Positions 47,168 to 58,530 of a stretch of DNA of 64,000 nt are shown piece after piece. The translations under genes and the position numbers were made by a program. This stretch comes from Kangiellaceae bacterium (GTDB taxonomy: Bacteria > Pseudomonadota > Gammaproteobacteria > Enterobacterales > Kangiellaceae): positions 3,453,752-3,517,751 of the forward strand of contig OZ246006.1 of the NCBI GenBank assembly GCA_965230505.1, in the 5' to 3' direction. Each line of letters starts with the position of its first letter. Position 1 is the stretch's first letter. The notes beneath the pieces are model-generated. The model worked only from the letters and a program-made list of their open reading frames with translations, was not told where the DNA came from and searched no databases.

Positions 47168-48335
47168 GAATCACATGTATCGGCAGAAGTTTAAGCACTT
47201 TCATTGCAAACTGTTTATCTTGCTCGGTTAATGACTTAAGTGCATAAGCTCGCAGTAAGGTTTGTAGTGCTTTACCGAACATTGGAGGATCTAGCATTTC
47301 ACCCTCGAACTTTATCGCACCACCCAGTAAAGCATCGGCTTCAATGGCTGCTTTTAGCATTTGTATGTTGCGCTTTATGATGAGTGGTGAAGGGGTAAAA
47401 GCGACTTTACATAAATGAATATGATAAGGATGAATGACCTGCTTTCCGGTGAGCCCCATCTGAGCTTCAACAGTGGCGTGTCGATGAACTACGTGGGATT
47501 CATGGTCGCCGTGAAGGTCTAACCAACGTCTAACATCATGTGGCTCAATATTCTGGTCGGGCATTGGGGTTTCATTGATTAACACTTCAACACCACCGAT
47601 AACACCTTTACCTGCTATTCGAGCTTCTAATAACAAGTTTCGCAAATAGGTTTTTAATTCATCGATCCAGCCTTCTGGTGTAAGGTGGATAGCCATTGCT
47701 TTTGAAAAGTCATGGATTCCAAAAACAACATGTTTGACCGTTGAAAACTGCATTAATTCTGGTGCCAATTTGAGCGATCGCGGATGTTCAATAATTGGCT
47801 GAATTTCTATCTCTGGATTAACACCTACGAGCCAAGCTGAAAGGTCCCTTATTTCTGCCGCACCATACATTTCGCCGGCCTTAGCCAGAACGATTACATC
47901 GACATGCTCACCAACCTCGCGAATTAACTCGAGATCTTTTTCATACTCTTCGGTTCGAAAAGGGTTGATCCGCAGGGCAATTTGAAATTTTCTTTCAGGA
48001 AAGTTCGGCAATTCGTTTCTTAATAACTCTCGACTCATTTCTTTTTGTCGACAGCCATCCTCTAGATCAAACAGTAAGGTGTGCGCAGGACATTTGTGGG
48101 CATGTTTACGAATACGAGCAACCGCCTGCTCCATCGTTTCATATTCGCTATCTTTAGGAGAGTACTTTACTGGTGGATAGTAAAGTTGAATGCCAGGCCA
48201 AAAGCCACCTAATACATCTTCTTCGTTTACGTGCTCGAGAAACTCGTTGTAGCTATTCATGGTATTTTCCCGTGAAGTTGTTATTACCGACTCTAGAGAG
48301 TTTTGTAGAAGTAGCGGAATTTCTACTTTACTCAA
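47139..48335 (-). CDS. HpcH/HpaI aldolase/citrate-lyase family protein
   Basis: LLFDLEDG motif. Confidence 0.6.
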   Translation of the reverse strand: MSKVEIPLLLQNSLESVITTSRENTMNSYNEFLEHVNEEDVLGGFWPGIQLYYPPVKYSPKDSEYETMEQAVARIRKHAHKCPAHTLLFDLEDGCRQKEMSRELLRNELPNFPERKFQIALRINPFRTEEYEKDLELIREVGEHVDVIVLAKAGEMYGAAEIRDLSAWLVGVNPEIEIQPIIEHPRSLKLAPELMQFSTVKHVVFGIHDFSKAMAIHLTPEGWIDELKTYLRNLLLEARIAGKGVIGGVEVLINETPMPDQNIEPHDVRRWLDLHGDHESHVVHRHATVEAQMGLTGKQVIHPYHIHLCKVAFTPSPLIIKRNIQMLKAAIEADALLGGAIKFEGEMLDPPMFGKALQTLLRAYALKSLTEQDKQFAMKVLKLLPIHVIRENWPYGRI

Positions 48336-48655
48336 CTGGTCGGATGTCTTAACCTGTTTGAATGAATCATACCTATTTCAATCGAAAATTCAAACAATTG
48401 TTTGAAAATGACTAAAAATCACACTTTATTTGTGGCTCTTAATCAATCGAGTGATTTGATTCTATCTCAAAAATATCTGCTTTTGTCCCTTTTATAGCGG
48501 CAATATGACTAAAGTCTAGTTAGGTTTTGTTGCAAGTAAACCAGATTATTGAGATAAATACCCTAAGCCAGTTTAACGATTATTTAAATGTACTTGCCAA
48601 ATATGATTAACTAATATTTTAGGCAAGGCAGCCAACGAGTTTTAAGGAGCACACC

Positions 48656-49648
48656 ATGTCTACACTTGTTCACCCAAATCAAGCTTTGTTTGAAGCTGAA
48701 AAGCCTTTTCCAGTGATCCCTAGTTGTGAGCATTTTGCTGGGAGCGAAAAATTAATGCTTAAAGCATTGGAAATGCAATCAAAGATTGGTCCAGTGTTTG
48801 ATATTACTTGTGATTGTGAAGATGGTGCTGCAGCAGGGCAAGAATCAGAGCATGCGGAAATGGTGGCTAGAGTTATTTCAAGTGAGCAGAATTTGCATAA
48901 TATGATGGGGGTACGAATTCATGACTTTAGTCACCCTCATTGGAAAGCCGATGTTGATATTTTAGTCCCAAAAATTGGAAATAAGGTAGCCTATATTACG
49001 CTGCCTAAATGCACTCAAGCTTTCCAAATTGAAGCAATGGTTGGTTACATAAAGAAGGTCGCAAAAGAAAATAATATAGAAAGAGAAATTCCAATTCATG
49101 TGCTGATAGAAACTCATGGTGCATTAAAGGATATTTGGAAAATTGCTGAAGTTGATTGGATTCAAGTCTTGGATTTCGGCATGATGGATTTTGTTAGTGG
49201 GCATTATGGTGCCATTCCTGCCGCTTGTATGCGTAGCCCCGGTCAATTCGAACACCCCTTATTGGCGAGAGCTAAAACCGAATTAGTGGCTGCAGCATTG
49301 GCCAATGGTATTGTGCCAGCGCATAACGTTACCCTCGATCTAAAGAATGTAGAGCAAACTAAAAGCGATGCTTCCATTGCGAGAAACCAATTTGGTTTTA
49401 TGCGGATGTGGAGTATCTACCCAACCCAAATAGAAGCCATTGTAGAAGCGATGCAACCGGATTATTCTGAAGTTGAGGACGCTCAAGGGATTTTGCTGGC
49501 TGCTCAGGATGCTGATTGGGGACCCATTCAATATAACGGTGAGTTACATGATAGAGCGACCTATCGATATTTTTGGCAACTACTTCAACGAGCATCCATT
49601 TCTGGTTTAACGCTAAGCGATGAAGTAAAATCGAGGTTCTTTTCCTAA
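48656..49648 (+). CDS. HpcH/HpaI aldolase/citrate-lyase family protein
   Basis: ITCDCEDGAAAG motif (DxEDG variant). Confidence 0.55.
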   Translation: MSTLVHPNQALFEAEKPFPVIPSCEHFAGSEKLMLKALEMQSKIGPVFDITCDCEDGAAAGQESEHAEMVARVISSEQNLHNMMGVRIHDFSHPHWKADVDILVPKIGNKVAYITLPKCTQAFQIEAMVGYIKKVAKENNIEREIPIHVLIETHGALKDIWKIAEVDWIQVLDFGMMDFVSGHYGAIPAACMRSPGQFEHPLLARAKTELVAAALANGIVPAHNVTLDLKNVEQTKSDASIARNQFGFMRMWSIYPTQIEAIVEAMQPDYSEVEDAQGILLAAQDADWGPIQYNGELHDRATYRYFWQLLQRASISGLTLSDEVKSRFFS

Positions 49649-49652
49649 TAAT

Positions 49653-50111
49653 TTGAGTATCCAAATGGACCCATTGGAACATTTCAAGCGGCTTGAAAAT
49701 ATGTATCAAGCCGCTCCCCTAAACGATTTTTATTCACCAGTGATGACTGTTTCAAAAGGGCAAGCAGAAATCTCGATCGAACTAGCCCCTAAACTTTTTC
49801 ATGCCGGGCAAGCCGTTCATGGTTCGGTTTATTTTAAGATGCTGGATGATGCTGCTTTCTTTGCTGCAAGTTCATTAGAGCCTGATTTTTTCGTGCTAAC
49901 CACGTCATTCACAACCTACTTAACAAAACCGATTTCTAAAGGCACAATGAAAGCTGTCGGAAAAATAGCCAATTACAATCGAACTCAATTTATTGCCGAA
50001 GCTATTGTTTACAACTCTCGAGAACAGGAAGTCGGCAGAGGTAATGGGATCTTTGTAAGAAGTAACAAAAAGTTAATGGATGTTGCTGGTTATCAGGACA
50101 GTATAGAGTAA
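49653..50111 (+). CDS. PaaI-type hotdog thioesterase
   Basis: HGSVYFKMLDDAAFFA core. Confidence 0.7.
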   Translation: MSIQMDPLEHFKRLENMYQAAPLNDFYSPVMTVSKGQAEISIELAPKLFHAGQAVHGSVYFKMLDDAAFFAASSLEPDFFVLTTSFTTYLTKPISKGTMKAVGKIANYNRTQFIAEAIVYNSREQEVGRGNGIFVRSNKKLMDVAGYQDSIE

Positions 50112-50289
50112 CAGTTCTTGCTTAGCTTACTACCTGTGGAGCTTTAAGTCTTATTGATTGTTTCAAGCAGTAATTCTTCCTCTTAATACAATAAATTTTC
50201 ATTCAGTTTGAATTCAGTTCAAAAAAATTAATATGCGCTCGTGGTTAATCGAACCACAAATATTCTAATTTAATTAAGGAATTGAAATA

Positions 50290-50841
50290 ATGAAAAAGAC
50301 AATAATCGCTAGCGCAGTATTATCTGTTATATCTTTTGGTGCAATGGCAGAAAGTCCATCGTTTGATAATGTTGAAGTTGGATATACGGAGTTCGATTTT
50401 GATGGGGCTGATGTCGACGGGTTCGAATTAAAAGGTAGCAAATTAATTGCAGATGATTTTTATCTTAAAGGTGATATCGCATCACTTTCAGAGTCGAGGC
50501 TTGACTGGAGACTAACCAAGATTGGTGTTGGCTACAAAAATGATTATTCCAGCACTTCATCATTCTTTAGTGAAGTCAGCTACGCTAGAGTCGATGTTGA
50601 TACGGACTTTGATGATGGGGACGAAGATGGTTTTGAAGTTGCCGCAGGTATTCGTAGCATGCTGTCAGATAAGCTAGAAGCAAAAGCTGCAATTGAGTAT
50701 ACCGATATTGATGGAGATGACATAACATCGCTGGTAATAGGCGGCGCGTATAATTTTACTAGCAATATGGCGGTTTATGCCGATTACTCTTATGATTCAG
50801 ACGTCAGTGCTTACGCTGTTGGGGTAAAGTTCAACTTCTAA
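50290..50841 (+). CDS. Small outer-membrane beta-barrel protein
   Basis: Signal peptide. Alternating hydrophobic strands. C-terminal F. Terminator after the stop. Confidence 0.55.
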   Translation: MKKTIIASAVLSVISFGAMAESPSFDNVEVGYTEFDFDGADVDGFELKGSKLIADDFYLKGDIASLSESRLDWRLTKIGVGYKNDYSSTSSFFSEVSYARVDVDTDFDDGDEDGFEVAAGIRSMLSDKLEAKAAIEYTDIDGDDITSLVIGGAYNFTSNMAVYADYSYDSDVSAYAVGVKFNF

Positions 50842-50950
50842 TAGTTCACTCAATAGGTATAGAGAGCCCAGCTTAGCTGGGCTTTTTTGTGTTCGTTATA
50901 AAAGTGCGATACAGTGGTGGTTTATCGATTTAATAAGGGCATTATCACCT

Positions 50951-52240
50951 GTGAAAAGATTACTCTCTTTAACGCTAGTATTAGTGTTGACTATTTCTTG
51001 TTCATTGCAAGCCAAAGATTATTTATTGCACGTTGGAAAAATGATTGACGTGGAAAATCTGAAAGTAAAAAAGAATCAGTCTATTAGAATTTCAGGGAAT
51101 AAAATCACTTCGATTGAAAGTGGATTTAGCCAAGCCAAAGAAAATGAGACTCTACTTGATTTAAAAAACAAGACAATAATGCCAGGTTTAATGGATATGC
51201 ATGTGCATATATCCGGCCAAGGTTCTAAACAGTCTTATGCAGAGAAATTCTTTTTGTCTAGCGCCGATGTTGCTCTAAGAAGCACCTCATACGCTAAAAA
51301 GACCTTGCAAGCTGGATTTACTACTGTCAGAGATCTAGGTGATCATTCGCCCGGTGTCGTGGTATCACTGCGAAAAGCGATAGCTAATGGCTATGTAGCT
51401 GGACCGAGAATCTATGCAGCAGGAAAGAGTATTGCCACCACGGGTGGACATGCCGATCCTACTAACGGGGTGCGCCCAGACCTAATGTCAGATCCCGGGC
51501 CGAAACAAGGAGTCATTAACGGACCAGACGAGGCAATTAAAGCGGTAAGGCAAAGGTATAAAGAAGGTTCGGATGTTATTAAATTAACCGTGACCGGAGG
51601 CGTTCTAAGTCTTGCCAAGAGCGGTTCAAACCCACAATTTACCCAAGAAGAACTTAATGCAGTCGTTAAGGCTGCGAAAGATTATGACTTTGTTGTCGCT
51701 GTACACGCTCACGGCGCAGAAGGAATGAAACGCGCGGTAATCGCAGGAGTCGATTCCGTTGAACACGGTACTTATATGACTGACGAAGTGGCGCGACTAA
51801 TGACGAAAAAAGGTACTTATTATGTGCCTACAATTACTGCAGGAAAATGGGTAGCAGAAAAAGCAGCGATTGATGGTTATTATCCAGCGATAGTGCAACC
51901 TAAAGCCGCGGCTATTGGACCGCTAATTCAAGATACATTTGCTCGCGCATACCAAAAGGGTGTCAAAATAGCTTATGGAACAGATGCAGGCGTGTTTCCT
52001 CACGGCTTAAACGGTCGAGAGTTTAAGTATATGGTTGAGGCTGGAATGCCGGCGATTGAAACCATTCAGTCGGCTACTTTGAATACCGCTAAGTTGCTTC
52101 GAATCGAGGACAAGCTTGGTAGTATAAAGGTTGGAAAATTAGCTGATTTGGTGGCGGTTGATGGTGACCCCCTTAAGAACATTAGTTTGATGGAGAGTGT
52201 TTCTTTTGTGATGAAAGATGGGGTTGTTTATAAGCAGTAG
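50951..52240 (+). CDS. Periplasmic metal-dependent amidohydrolase
   Basis: MDMHVHI metal-binding motif. Signal peptide. Confidence 0.75.
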   Translation: MKRLLSLTLVLVLTISCSLQAKDYLLHVGKMIDVENLKVKKNQSIRISGNKITSIESGFSQAKENETLLDLKNKTIMPGLMDMHVHISGQGSKQSYAEKFFLSSADVALRSTSYAKKTLQAGFTTVRDLGDHSPGVVVSLRKAIANGYVAGPRIYAAGKSIATTGGHADPTNGVRPDLMSDPGPKQGVINGPDEAIKAVRQRYKEGSDVIKLTVTGGVLSLAKSGSNPQFTQEELNAVVKAAKDYDFVVAVHAHGAEGMKRAVIAGVDSVEHGTYMTDEVARLMTKKGTYYVPTITAGKWVAEKAAIDGYYPAIVQPKAAAIGPLIQDTFARAYQKGVKIAYGTDAGVFPHGLNGREFKYMVEAGMPAIETIQSATLNTAKLLRIEDKLGSIKVGKLADLVAVDGDPLKNISLMESVSFVMKDGVVYKQ

Positions 52241-52385
52241 CAAGCAGAGCTTCTTCTTTCCTATTTTTTTTACGGATGTAATAACTAGTTTAGGGAGAGT
52301 TTTTGGTTGATGTGTTTTGGCTGCAATTTTTCGAAAAGCGGACATGCTTGTTGTTCTTTTTAAAGAAACAAATCTAAGTTCAATA

Positions 52386-52477
52386 CTTCGACTGCGCTCA
52401 GCAACCGTTTGTTTAGCGCTGCGAAACCGCCCGTAAAGAAATCAAGATACTAAATAGGTTGCTGAGCGCTGTCGAAG
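52386..52477. repeat. 21-bp-arm inverted repeat with a 50-nt spacer, related to the repeat A/B family
   Basis: CTTCGACTGCGCTCAGCAACC pairs with GGTTGCTGAGCGCTGTCGAAG. The spacer contains GCGCTGCGAAACCGCCC, also present in repeats A and B. Confidence 0.8.
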
Positions 52478-52557
52478 CATTGATTTTGATTTTCGTTTGG
52501 ATTTTAGCTCTTATCAAAGGATAATATGAAGTGTCTGATAAATTGCAATAACCTGAG

Positions 52558-53130
52558 ATGAGTCCTCAGTTTTCAAAGCAGACGTTGTGCTGTATTCTTA
52601 CATCAAATAATCTGCCCCTTATTGAATTACAAGGAATCTTTATGCAGAGTTTTATTTTTATATTTACCTTTCTTTTTGCTGGAAGTTCATTTGCTACTGA
52701 AGACTTAACTGAGCAAAATGAAACTGTTTTGAAAGTTGCGAGGAAATATTATGAAAGCAACTTTAATGGCATAGTTCTCAAGTTTTCAGATTACTACTCG
52801 AAACAATACCATTCATCAGGTTGGATTAAACTTCTTGGCTCCGAAAAAGAGTTTGCTAATAAGCATAGAGAATATGCAAGACAAAGAGGTGGAATCAAGA
52901 ATATCAGTATGAGCGTCAAGGGTTCGATACAGGGGCTAGTATCTATTGATACTACTGTACTTTTTGTTAATAAAGAGACAAAGGAGAATAATAGCTGCTG
53001 GCTACTCGAAGACGGTAGGTGGAAGATGCATAACTCTTGTTTAGACATAGCTTTACATGATAAACCATCGACATCAGAGGAAGAGAAGGAAATGGCAGGG
53101 GAGTTAAAAAAGCTGTTAGAAGGAAATTAA
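52558..53130 (+). CDS. Hypothetical secreted protein
   Basis: Signal-like hydrophobic N-terminus. No family recognised. Confidence 0.4.
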   Translation: MSPQFSKQTLCCILTSNNLPLIELQGIFMQSFIFIFTFLFAGSSFATEDLTEQNETVLKVARKYYESNFNGIVLKFSDYYSKQYHSSGWIKLLGSEKEFANKHREYARQRGGIKNISMSVKGSIQGLVSIDTTVLFVNKETKENNSCWLLEDGRWKMHNSCLDIALHDKPSTSEEEKEMAGELKKLLEGN

Positions 53131-53481
53131 GAATGTCACAGCATATGAAGTAATGTCAGCAAATGGCTGGCTCAAGACTAAAATGTCGAGTGAAATTTTG
53201 TGGTTTTTGATTAAGAACTAGCCTAAAGCTGATATTGGACTGCATTCATAAATCAAATAACCTTACCCCATTGAAGTTTTTATTTATATGCTTCGAATAT
53301 TGCGAGCTCATTTCGAGAGCAATCAATATACATCCATTTTTCAGTTGTTTAGTATTCTAGGGCTTTTATCTTCTAGTTTAAATAATTGTCGAGGAAGAGT
53401 TAAATGCGAATAGTATAAGCGCTTATATATGTTATAGTCCCACCTTATTCAAAATATACTAATAAACGGATAACACATACA

Positions 53482-54879
53482 ATGGAACACTACGCCCAGC
53501 TCATAATTAGCCATACCGATAAATCTAAGCAGAGCCAACTTAGAAATTTAATTGAAGAAATGCAGTCAGGGCTAAATTTTGACAAGCTAAATGATTTACT
53601 TGTGCCTTTTGGTCAATCTGTAAATGTTGATGAGTTTAGGGCGCTCACCGATATAGGCGATCAGCATTATTTACAGCCCGAGTCTATTGATAAAGTTGAT
53701 TCTTACGATATTTATAACTTCGTACATGGTTCAAGCTCTGTCGAGTTTACCGAAGCGTTCTTAGAAATAATCGACAAATTAATTCCCAATGTTGATGCTA
53801 GAGCTTACATTCAGGCAGATGAAGATCCATGGGAGCAATTTATAAGAATTAAAAGCGGTGAGCTTCTCAGTGAAGAACACGTTCCTTTTGAAGATGAAGA
53901 GTTAGATACTGAAGTTATCACTAGCGGGTGTTACGTTTGGTTCCATGAGTCATTACCTGAAAGCTTTGATTTCGGATATCTAGCAAAATCCAAGAACAGC
54001 AATATTGCGGCCGATTCAGAAACTTCAGAAGAAGGGGAGCCGCCACTGGGTGGAACTCTGGACAACGAATCAATTGAAGATTTTCTTTCTGAACTACAGA
54101 AAAAAGAAGATGACTTTGGATATGTCTCGGTAGATTTTAAACTTGCAAAAAAACCAGAAGCTAAAATAAAAAATCAAGTCAAAAAAATTGTTCGCGCTAC
54201 CTTTGAAGAGGGATCATGTAGCGGCAAAGTAAAAAGTGCAGACGATCGATTTTTATTCTATTTTGGTGGCTACGTTTATAATTGTTCCCACTCGATTGCA
54301 TTTAACAACGAGATGGTCGATGAAGTCTTTGACGTTCTCGAAAGCATAGGCGCCGAAGATATCATTATTCGCATACAGCTTGAAATTCGGGATGACGAGC
54401 CAGTGGGCTATTATATCTGCTTCAAAGTAGGAGAGAGTATTAAGATTCGATTCAAAGGTATAAATGGTTTTTGTAGAAAATTCGATGCAAGGGCTGTTCA
54501 ATTGCATAATGCGAACAACTACATAAATCGTTTACGTGCATCGTTTCCAATTAAAGAAGAAATATTTAACCAAACGAAATCTAGTCGACAAGAAAAAGTC
54601 GATAACTATATGCGCTTTTGCGAAGAAAACGATCTAGAAATACATGAAGGCTTCGATGAAGAATTTTTCTTTAGCCGATTTATTGTTTTCGATAGTGTGG
54701 CTAATAAAATAGTTGATACCGCTTATGGTGAAGTCGAAGACCTATGTATTAAGCTAGGCAACGTGATTGCCAAAAGTAGTAATGATTCTTTTAATACAGA
54801 AGGATACAAAATATATGATACCATCTTTGATAGAGTCTATAGCTTTGATGAAGCGCATCAATGGAAAAATGTAAATTAA
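53482..54879 (+). CDS. Hypothetical acidic protein (465 aa)
   Basis: Long ORF. No recognisable motifs. Confidence 0.5.
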   Translation: MEHYAQLIISHTDKSKQSQLRNLIEEMQSGLNFDKLNDLLVPFGQSVNVDEFRALTDIGDQHYLQPESIDKVDSYDIYNFVHGSSSVEFTEAFLEIIDKLIPNVDARAYIQADEDPWEQFIRIKSGELLSEEHVPFEDEELDTEVITSGCYVWFHESLPESFDFGYLAKSKNSNIAADSETSEEGEPPLGGTLDNESIEDFLSELQKKEDDFGYVSVDFKLAKKPEAKIKNQVKKIVRATFEEGSCSGKVKSADDRFLFYFGGYVYNCSHSIAFNNEMVDEVFDVLESIGAEDIIIRIQLEIRDDEPVGYYICFKVGESIKIRFKGINGFCRKFDARAVQLHNANNYINRLRASFPIKEEIFNQTKSSRQEKVDNYMRFCEENDLEIHEGFDEEFFFSRFIVFDSVANKIVDTAYGEVEDLCIKLGNVIAKSSNDSFNTEGYKIYDTIFDRVYSFDEAHQWKNVN

Positions 54880-54991
54880 ACAGGTAACGGGCTAAAAGCG
54901 ATCACAAAACATACCTAAACCGATACTTCAGCCTATCTGCAATTCAGACGCTTAAAATTGTGTTGACTTAGGTATTGTAGGAGGCGACTAA

Positions 54992-56297
54992 GAGACTATA
55001 AATAAATCTGTGTAATTGTCTATCATTAGAACCAGAAATGGTTAAGGATAGACATTATGAATAGAAAAGAACTCGAAGCCTTTGCGCGAGAAGCAGCGAA
55101 AGGCATGAAAACCGAACAAGATCTGAATGACTTCAGGAAGATCCTCACTAAAGTGACGGTCGAAGCAGCCCTCAACGCTGAACTCGATCACCATCTCGGT
55201 TATGGTAAGAATGAGCCCTCTCAATCAGACAATTATCGTAATGGTTCAATGAGTAAAACGCTGAGAACCGAAGATGGTCAGTTTGAAGTCGATACCCCTC
55301 GAGATAGAAACGGTGATTTTGAACCTCAACTGGTCAAGAAGAATCAGACTCGATTTACATCGATGGATGATAAGATTCTTTACCTCTATGCTAAGGGGAT
55401 GACCACTCGTGAAATCGTCGCAACGTTTAAAGAAATGTACGACGCAGAGATATCTCCTACGCTCATATCCAAGGTAACCAATGCCGTCATAGAAGAAGTC
55501 ATTGAGTGGCAATCTCGGCCGTTAGAGCCGGTTTACCCAATTGTTTACTTGGACTGTATAGTCGTCAAAATCCGACAAGATAAGCGAATCATTAATAAAT
55601 CATTTTACTTGGCACTCGGGGTTAACATGGATGGCCATAAGGATTTACTCGGCATATGGCTATCGGAGAACGAAGGAGCCAAGTTCTGGCTTAACGTCCT
55701 GACAGAGCTTCAAAATCGTGGTGTTAAAGACATATTAATCGCCTGTGTTGATGGCTTGAAAGGATTCCCTGATGCCATTAATTCGGTATTTCCTGAAACA
55801 CAAATTCAATTGTGTATTGTTCATATGGTTCGTAATTCGTTGAAGTATGTTGTCTGGAAAGACTATAAGGCCGTCACCAGAGATTTAAAGCGAATTTACC
55901 AATCCATTACAGAAGAAGAGGCTCTGCTTGCCCTAGACGAGTTCTCTGGACGTTGGGATGATAAATACCCTCAAATCAGTCGCTCCTGGAAAGCGCACTG
56001 GGATAACTTGAATACCTTGTTTATTTATCCTGAAGAAATACGCAAAGCGATTTACACAACCAATGCCATCGAATCACTTAACAGCGTGATCCGAAACGCA
56101 TTGAAAAAACGAAAACTATTTCCAACTGATGACTCTGCAAAGAAAGTGATTTATCTAGCGATTCAAGATGCTAGTAAGAAGTGGACAATGCCGATCAGAA
56201 ATTGGAAATTAGCCCTCAATCGATTTATGATTGAATTTGAAGCCCGCTTAGCGGACTATATTTAAAAATGACAATTACACAGAATCGTTTACAGGCT
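54992..56297 (+). mobile_element. IS256-family insertion sequence (1306 bp) with 9-bp target-site duplication GGCGACTAA
   Basis: Imperfect terminal IRs (GAGACTATAAATAAATCTGTGTAATTGTC and GAGCCTGTAAACGATTCTGTGTAATTGTC). Identical 9-mers at 54983-54991 and 56298-56306. Confidence 0.75.
55057..56265 (+). CDS. IS256-family (mutator-type) transposase
   Basis: 402 aa. The N-terminus and DDE region are typical of IS256. Confidence 0.9.
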   Translation: MNRKELEAFAREAAKGMKTEQDLNDFRKILTKVTVEAALNAELDHHLGYGKNEPSQSDNYRNGSMSKTLRTEDGQFEVDTPRDRNGDFEPQLVKKNQTRFTSMDDKILYLYAKGMTTREIVATFKEMYDAEISPTLISKVTNAVIEEVIEWQSRPLEPVYPIVYLDCIVVKIRQDKRIINKSFYLALGVNMDGHKDLLGIWLSENEGAKFWLNVLTELQNRGVKDILIACVDGLKGFPDAINSVFPETQIQLCIVHMVRNSLKYVVWKDYKAVTRDLKRIYQSITEEEALLALDEFSGRWDDKYPQISRSWKAHWDNLNTLFIYPEEIRKAIYTTNAIESLNSVIRNALKKRKLFPTDDSAKKVIYLAIQDASKKWTMPIRNWKLALNRFMIEFEARLADYI

Positions 56298-56790
56298 CGG
56301 CGACTAATGGCATTAGTTGTCTCACATAAATCGTTATCTTTTCAGTTCTCAGTGACCGCTATGAAAAACAACTGAGTGACAGCTTTAGAAGTGGTCTTTT
56401 TAGAGTATACCCAAATAGAACAAGCCTAAATCGGTCTGTTTTAGAATTGCAACACCACCTATAATAGATCGATATTATAGTACCACTTAAAACAGACTAG
56501 AATTTCAAGTCAAAATAGCAAATGGATGGTTACTTAAAAGTATCAACAGCAGTAGATATTTTATGTTTCGAGGCAATTGGCTAATGTCCGCTTCTGGCCG
56601 AATCCTGAATAACTCACGATTTGTGATAAATGTCTGCTTTATAGTATGTTCCTGCCGTAGTGTCAGATCAAATAGAGACTTGATTAAAAATTTGTAAGCT
56701 CGAGTCTCAACTTTCTCAGATAAAGATAAATCGCAGTAAATATCATTCTGCTCAAAGCCAAGCTACGACAACCAGTTTATAAAAACAAAA

Positions 56791-56812
56791 ATGCCCGCTA
56801 AAAAGCGGGCAA
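56791..56812. terminator. Bidirectional terminator hairpin
   Basis: GCCCGCT-AAAA-AGCGGGC with A/T tracts on both sides. Confidence 0.6.
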
Positions 56813-56836
56813 TTTAATTGCTCAAAAACAGCTCGA

Positions 56837-57787
56837 CTAAAGTTGATAGGCCACTGCGTTTTTCAAAAGCTTATCCTTCGAAGAACAATCACTAACATCA
56901 TCGTAATCAAAAACATAAACTTGATCTTTATTATTTTCAAAGTTTGAAAATATAAGTGTGACATGTTCATTTTTTTCAAGAGCCCTTAGCGTCGAACCAT
57001 AATCACAAAGTGTACTGATTATTAGATTGGCTTTTTTGTTGTTTTTTTCTCTAACCTTTTGGTATTTTTTTTCTTTGTACTCTTTCATTGTTTTCTTGTA
57101 AAGAGCTTGCTCTTCGCTCAATTTTGCCATTTGCTTTTCTAGCTCAGCTCGGCGCTTATTAAGCTCGGAAGATTCTTCACTATTGTGTTTAGCTTCTCTT
57201 TCCAGTTCTCGAATAGCGCGTTGCATATCTCTAATTTCCCTGCGACTTTCTCTTTGCTGATCTCTTAGCTCTTCCATTGCATTTCTGTATTCTTCATAGG
57301 CTTCCATTTTTTCTTCCCAAGCATCGACTTCATCTACTGGGCGTGGAGAGCGGGGGGCTCTTGGTGTATCATTAAACTCACTATCTATTTCGGCGAAAGC
57401 TTCTGAGACCTCACTGGCAATGGAGCCAACCAGTCGACCAACACCTTGACCAAAGGCTTGCCAATCATCGGCACTACCAAATTCAGAGCTACTAAAACTA
57501 AAGGTAAAAACCATGCCTTGTTTAGCTAAATAAGTCGCTTGAGTCGTGCCAGAACGACCTGGAAAAACAGAGTTGGAATTGCTTAGCTTGGCATCCGCTA
57601 AAGAAGTATCAAATATCTTGCTCATTATTCTTAATTCTTTTTGCGCTCGGTCATAGTCATTGGCTGAGGCCACCAAGCTAGAACATGCTAGGGCACTGGA
57701 TAAGCCAACCAAAGCAATTTTTTTAAATTGGCGTGTTAAAAGATTGTTGCTTAGTTTTGGTAATACTTTATGGGTAAGTTGCTTCAT
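56837..57787 (-). CDS. Periplasmic coiled-coil protein
   Basis: Signal peptide. Long E/R/K-rich heptad region. Confidence 0.5.
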   Translation of the reverse strand: MKQLTHKVLPKLSNNLLTRQFKKIALVGLSSALACSSLVASANDYDRAQKELRIMSKIFDTSLADAKLSNSNSVFPGRSGTTQATYLAKQGMVFTFSFSSSEFGSADDWQAFGQGVGRLVGSIASEVSEAFAEIDSEFNDTPRAPRSPRPVDEVDAWEEKMEAYEEYRNAMEELRDQQRESRREIRDMQRAIRELEREAKHNSEESSELNKRRAELEKQMAKLSEEQALYKKTMKEYKEKKYQKVREKNNKKANLIISTLCDYGSTLRALEKNEHVTLIFSNFENNKDQVYVFDYDDVSDCSSKDKLLKNAVAYQL

Positions 57788-57840
57788 AATTCGTTACTCA
57801 CTTTAAATAGTTAAATTCACAGATACGGTTAACGGATAAC

Positions 57841-58530
57841 CTACAGTTCATTGGCTTGCTGCACGCTTCCTTCATCACCTACTGATTGGATCAATTGATT
57901 AATCGCCTGATTGTTCTCAATTTGATTATCGGCTAGGTATGCGAATTGTTGGTCAACGTTTTTTAGGTCTTCATATCGTTGTGATTGCCAGCCTGTCATA
58001 ACAAATTTAATATCTTGCTGTCTTTCATCTCGATTCTTTTCTAGCCAAGTAGCTAGTCTCAATTTGGTTCGATTGTCTTGTTGCTCTAAAGCTGTTTTTA
58101 GTTTCACTTCAAATAACTTTTCTTGGGTTTGTTTATAGCTAGCTAATTGTTCGTCGACCATTTTTTCGATTTTTGATTCTGCCTGATTACCACCAAAGCT
58201 AATGGTTAGCCCTTGCTCGCCTGTATTGATTTCTAATTGAAACACCACCATCAAAACAGCGAGCGTGGATGTCGCCATCGATGCCCAATTAAGCCAATTG
58301 TTTTGTTTCACTGGTGGTCGCACGGCATAGCGAGTACGATGCCATTCAGGCACTTCCTGTTGTTGCCACTCATGAGACATTTGATAAAGCTGCAAACATT
58401 GGCGGTAAGTCGCCTGGCAGTCTTCACACTGTTCGATACAGCTTTGAACTTGCTGTTTTAATTCGATTGATAATTTGTCTTCGATAAAGTCATTGATGTG
58501 GTCAATAACTAACTGATGATCACATAACAT
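57841..58530 (-). CDS. Anti-sigma factor (zinc-finger, single TM)
   Basis: CxxC...C cluster near the N-terminus. TM helix. 11-bp overlap with the ECF sigma gene. Confidence 0.55.
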   Translation of the reverse strand: MLCDHQLVIDHINDFIEDKLSIELKQQVQSCIEQCEDCQATYRQCLQLYQMSHEWQQQEVPEWHRTRYAVRPPVKQNNWLNWASMATSTLAVLMVVFQLEINTGEQGLTISFGGNQAESKIEKMVDEQLASYKQTQEKLFEVKLKTALEQQDNRTKLRLATWLEKNRDERQQDIKFVMTGWQSQRYEDLKNVDQQFAYLADNQIENNQAINQLIQSVGDEGSVQQANEL

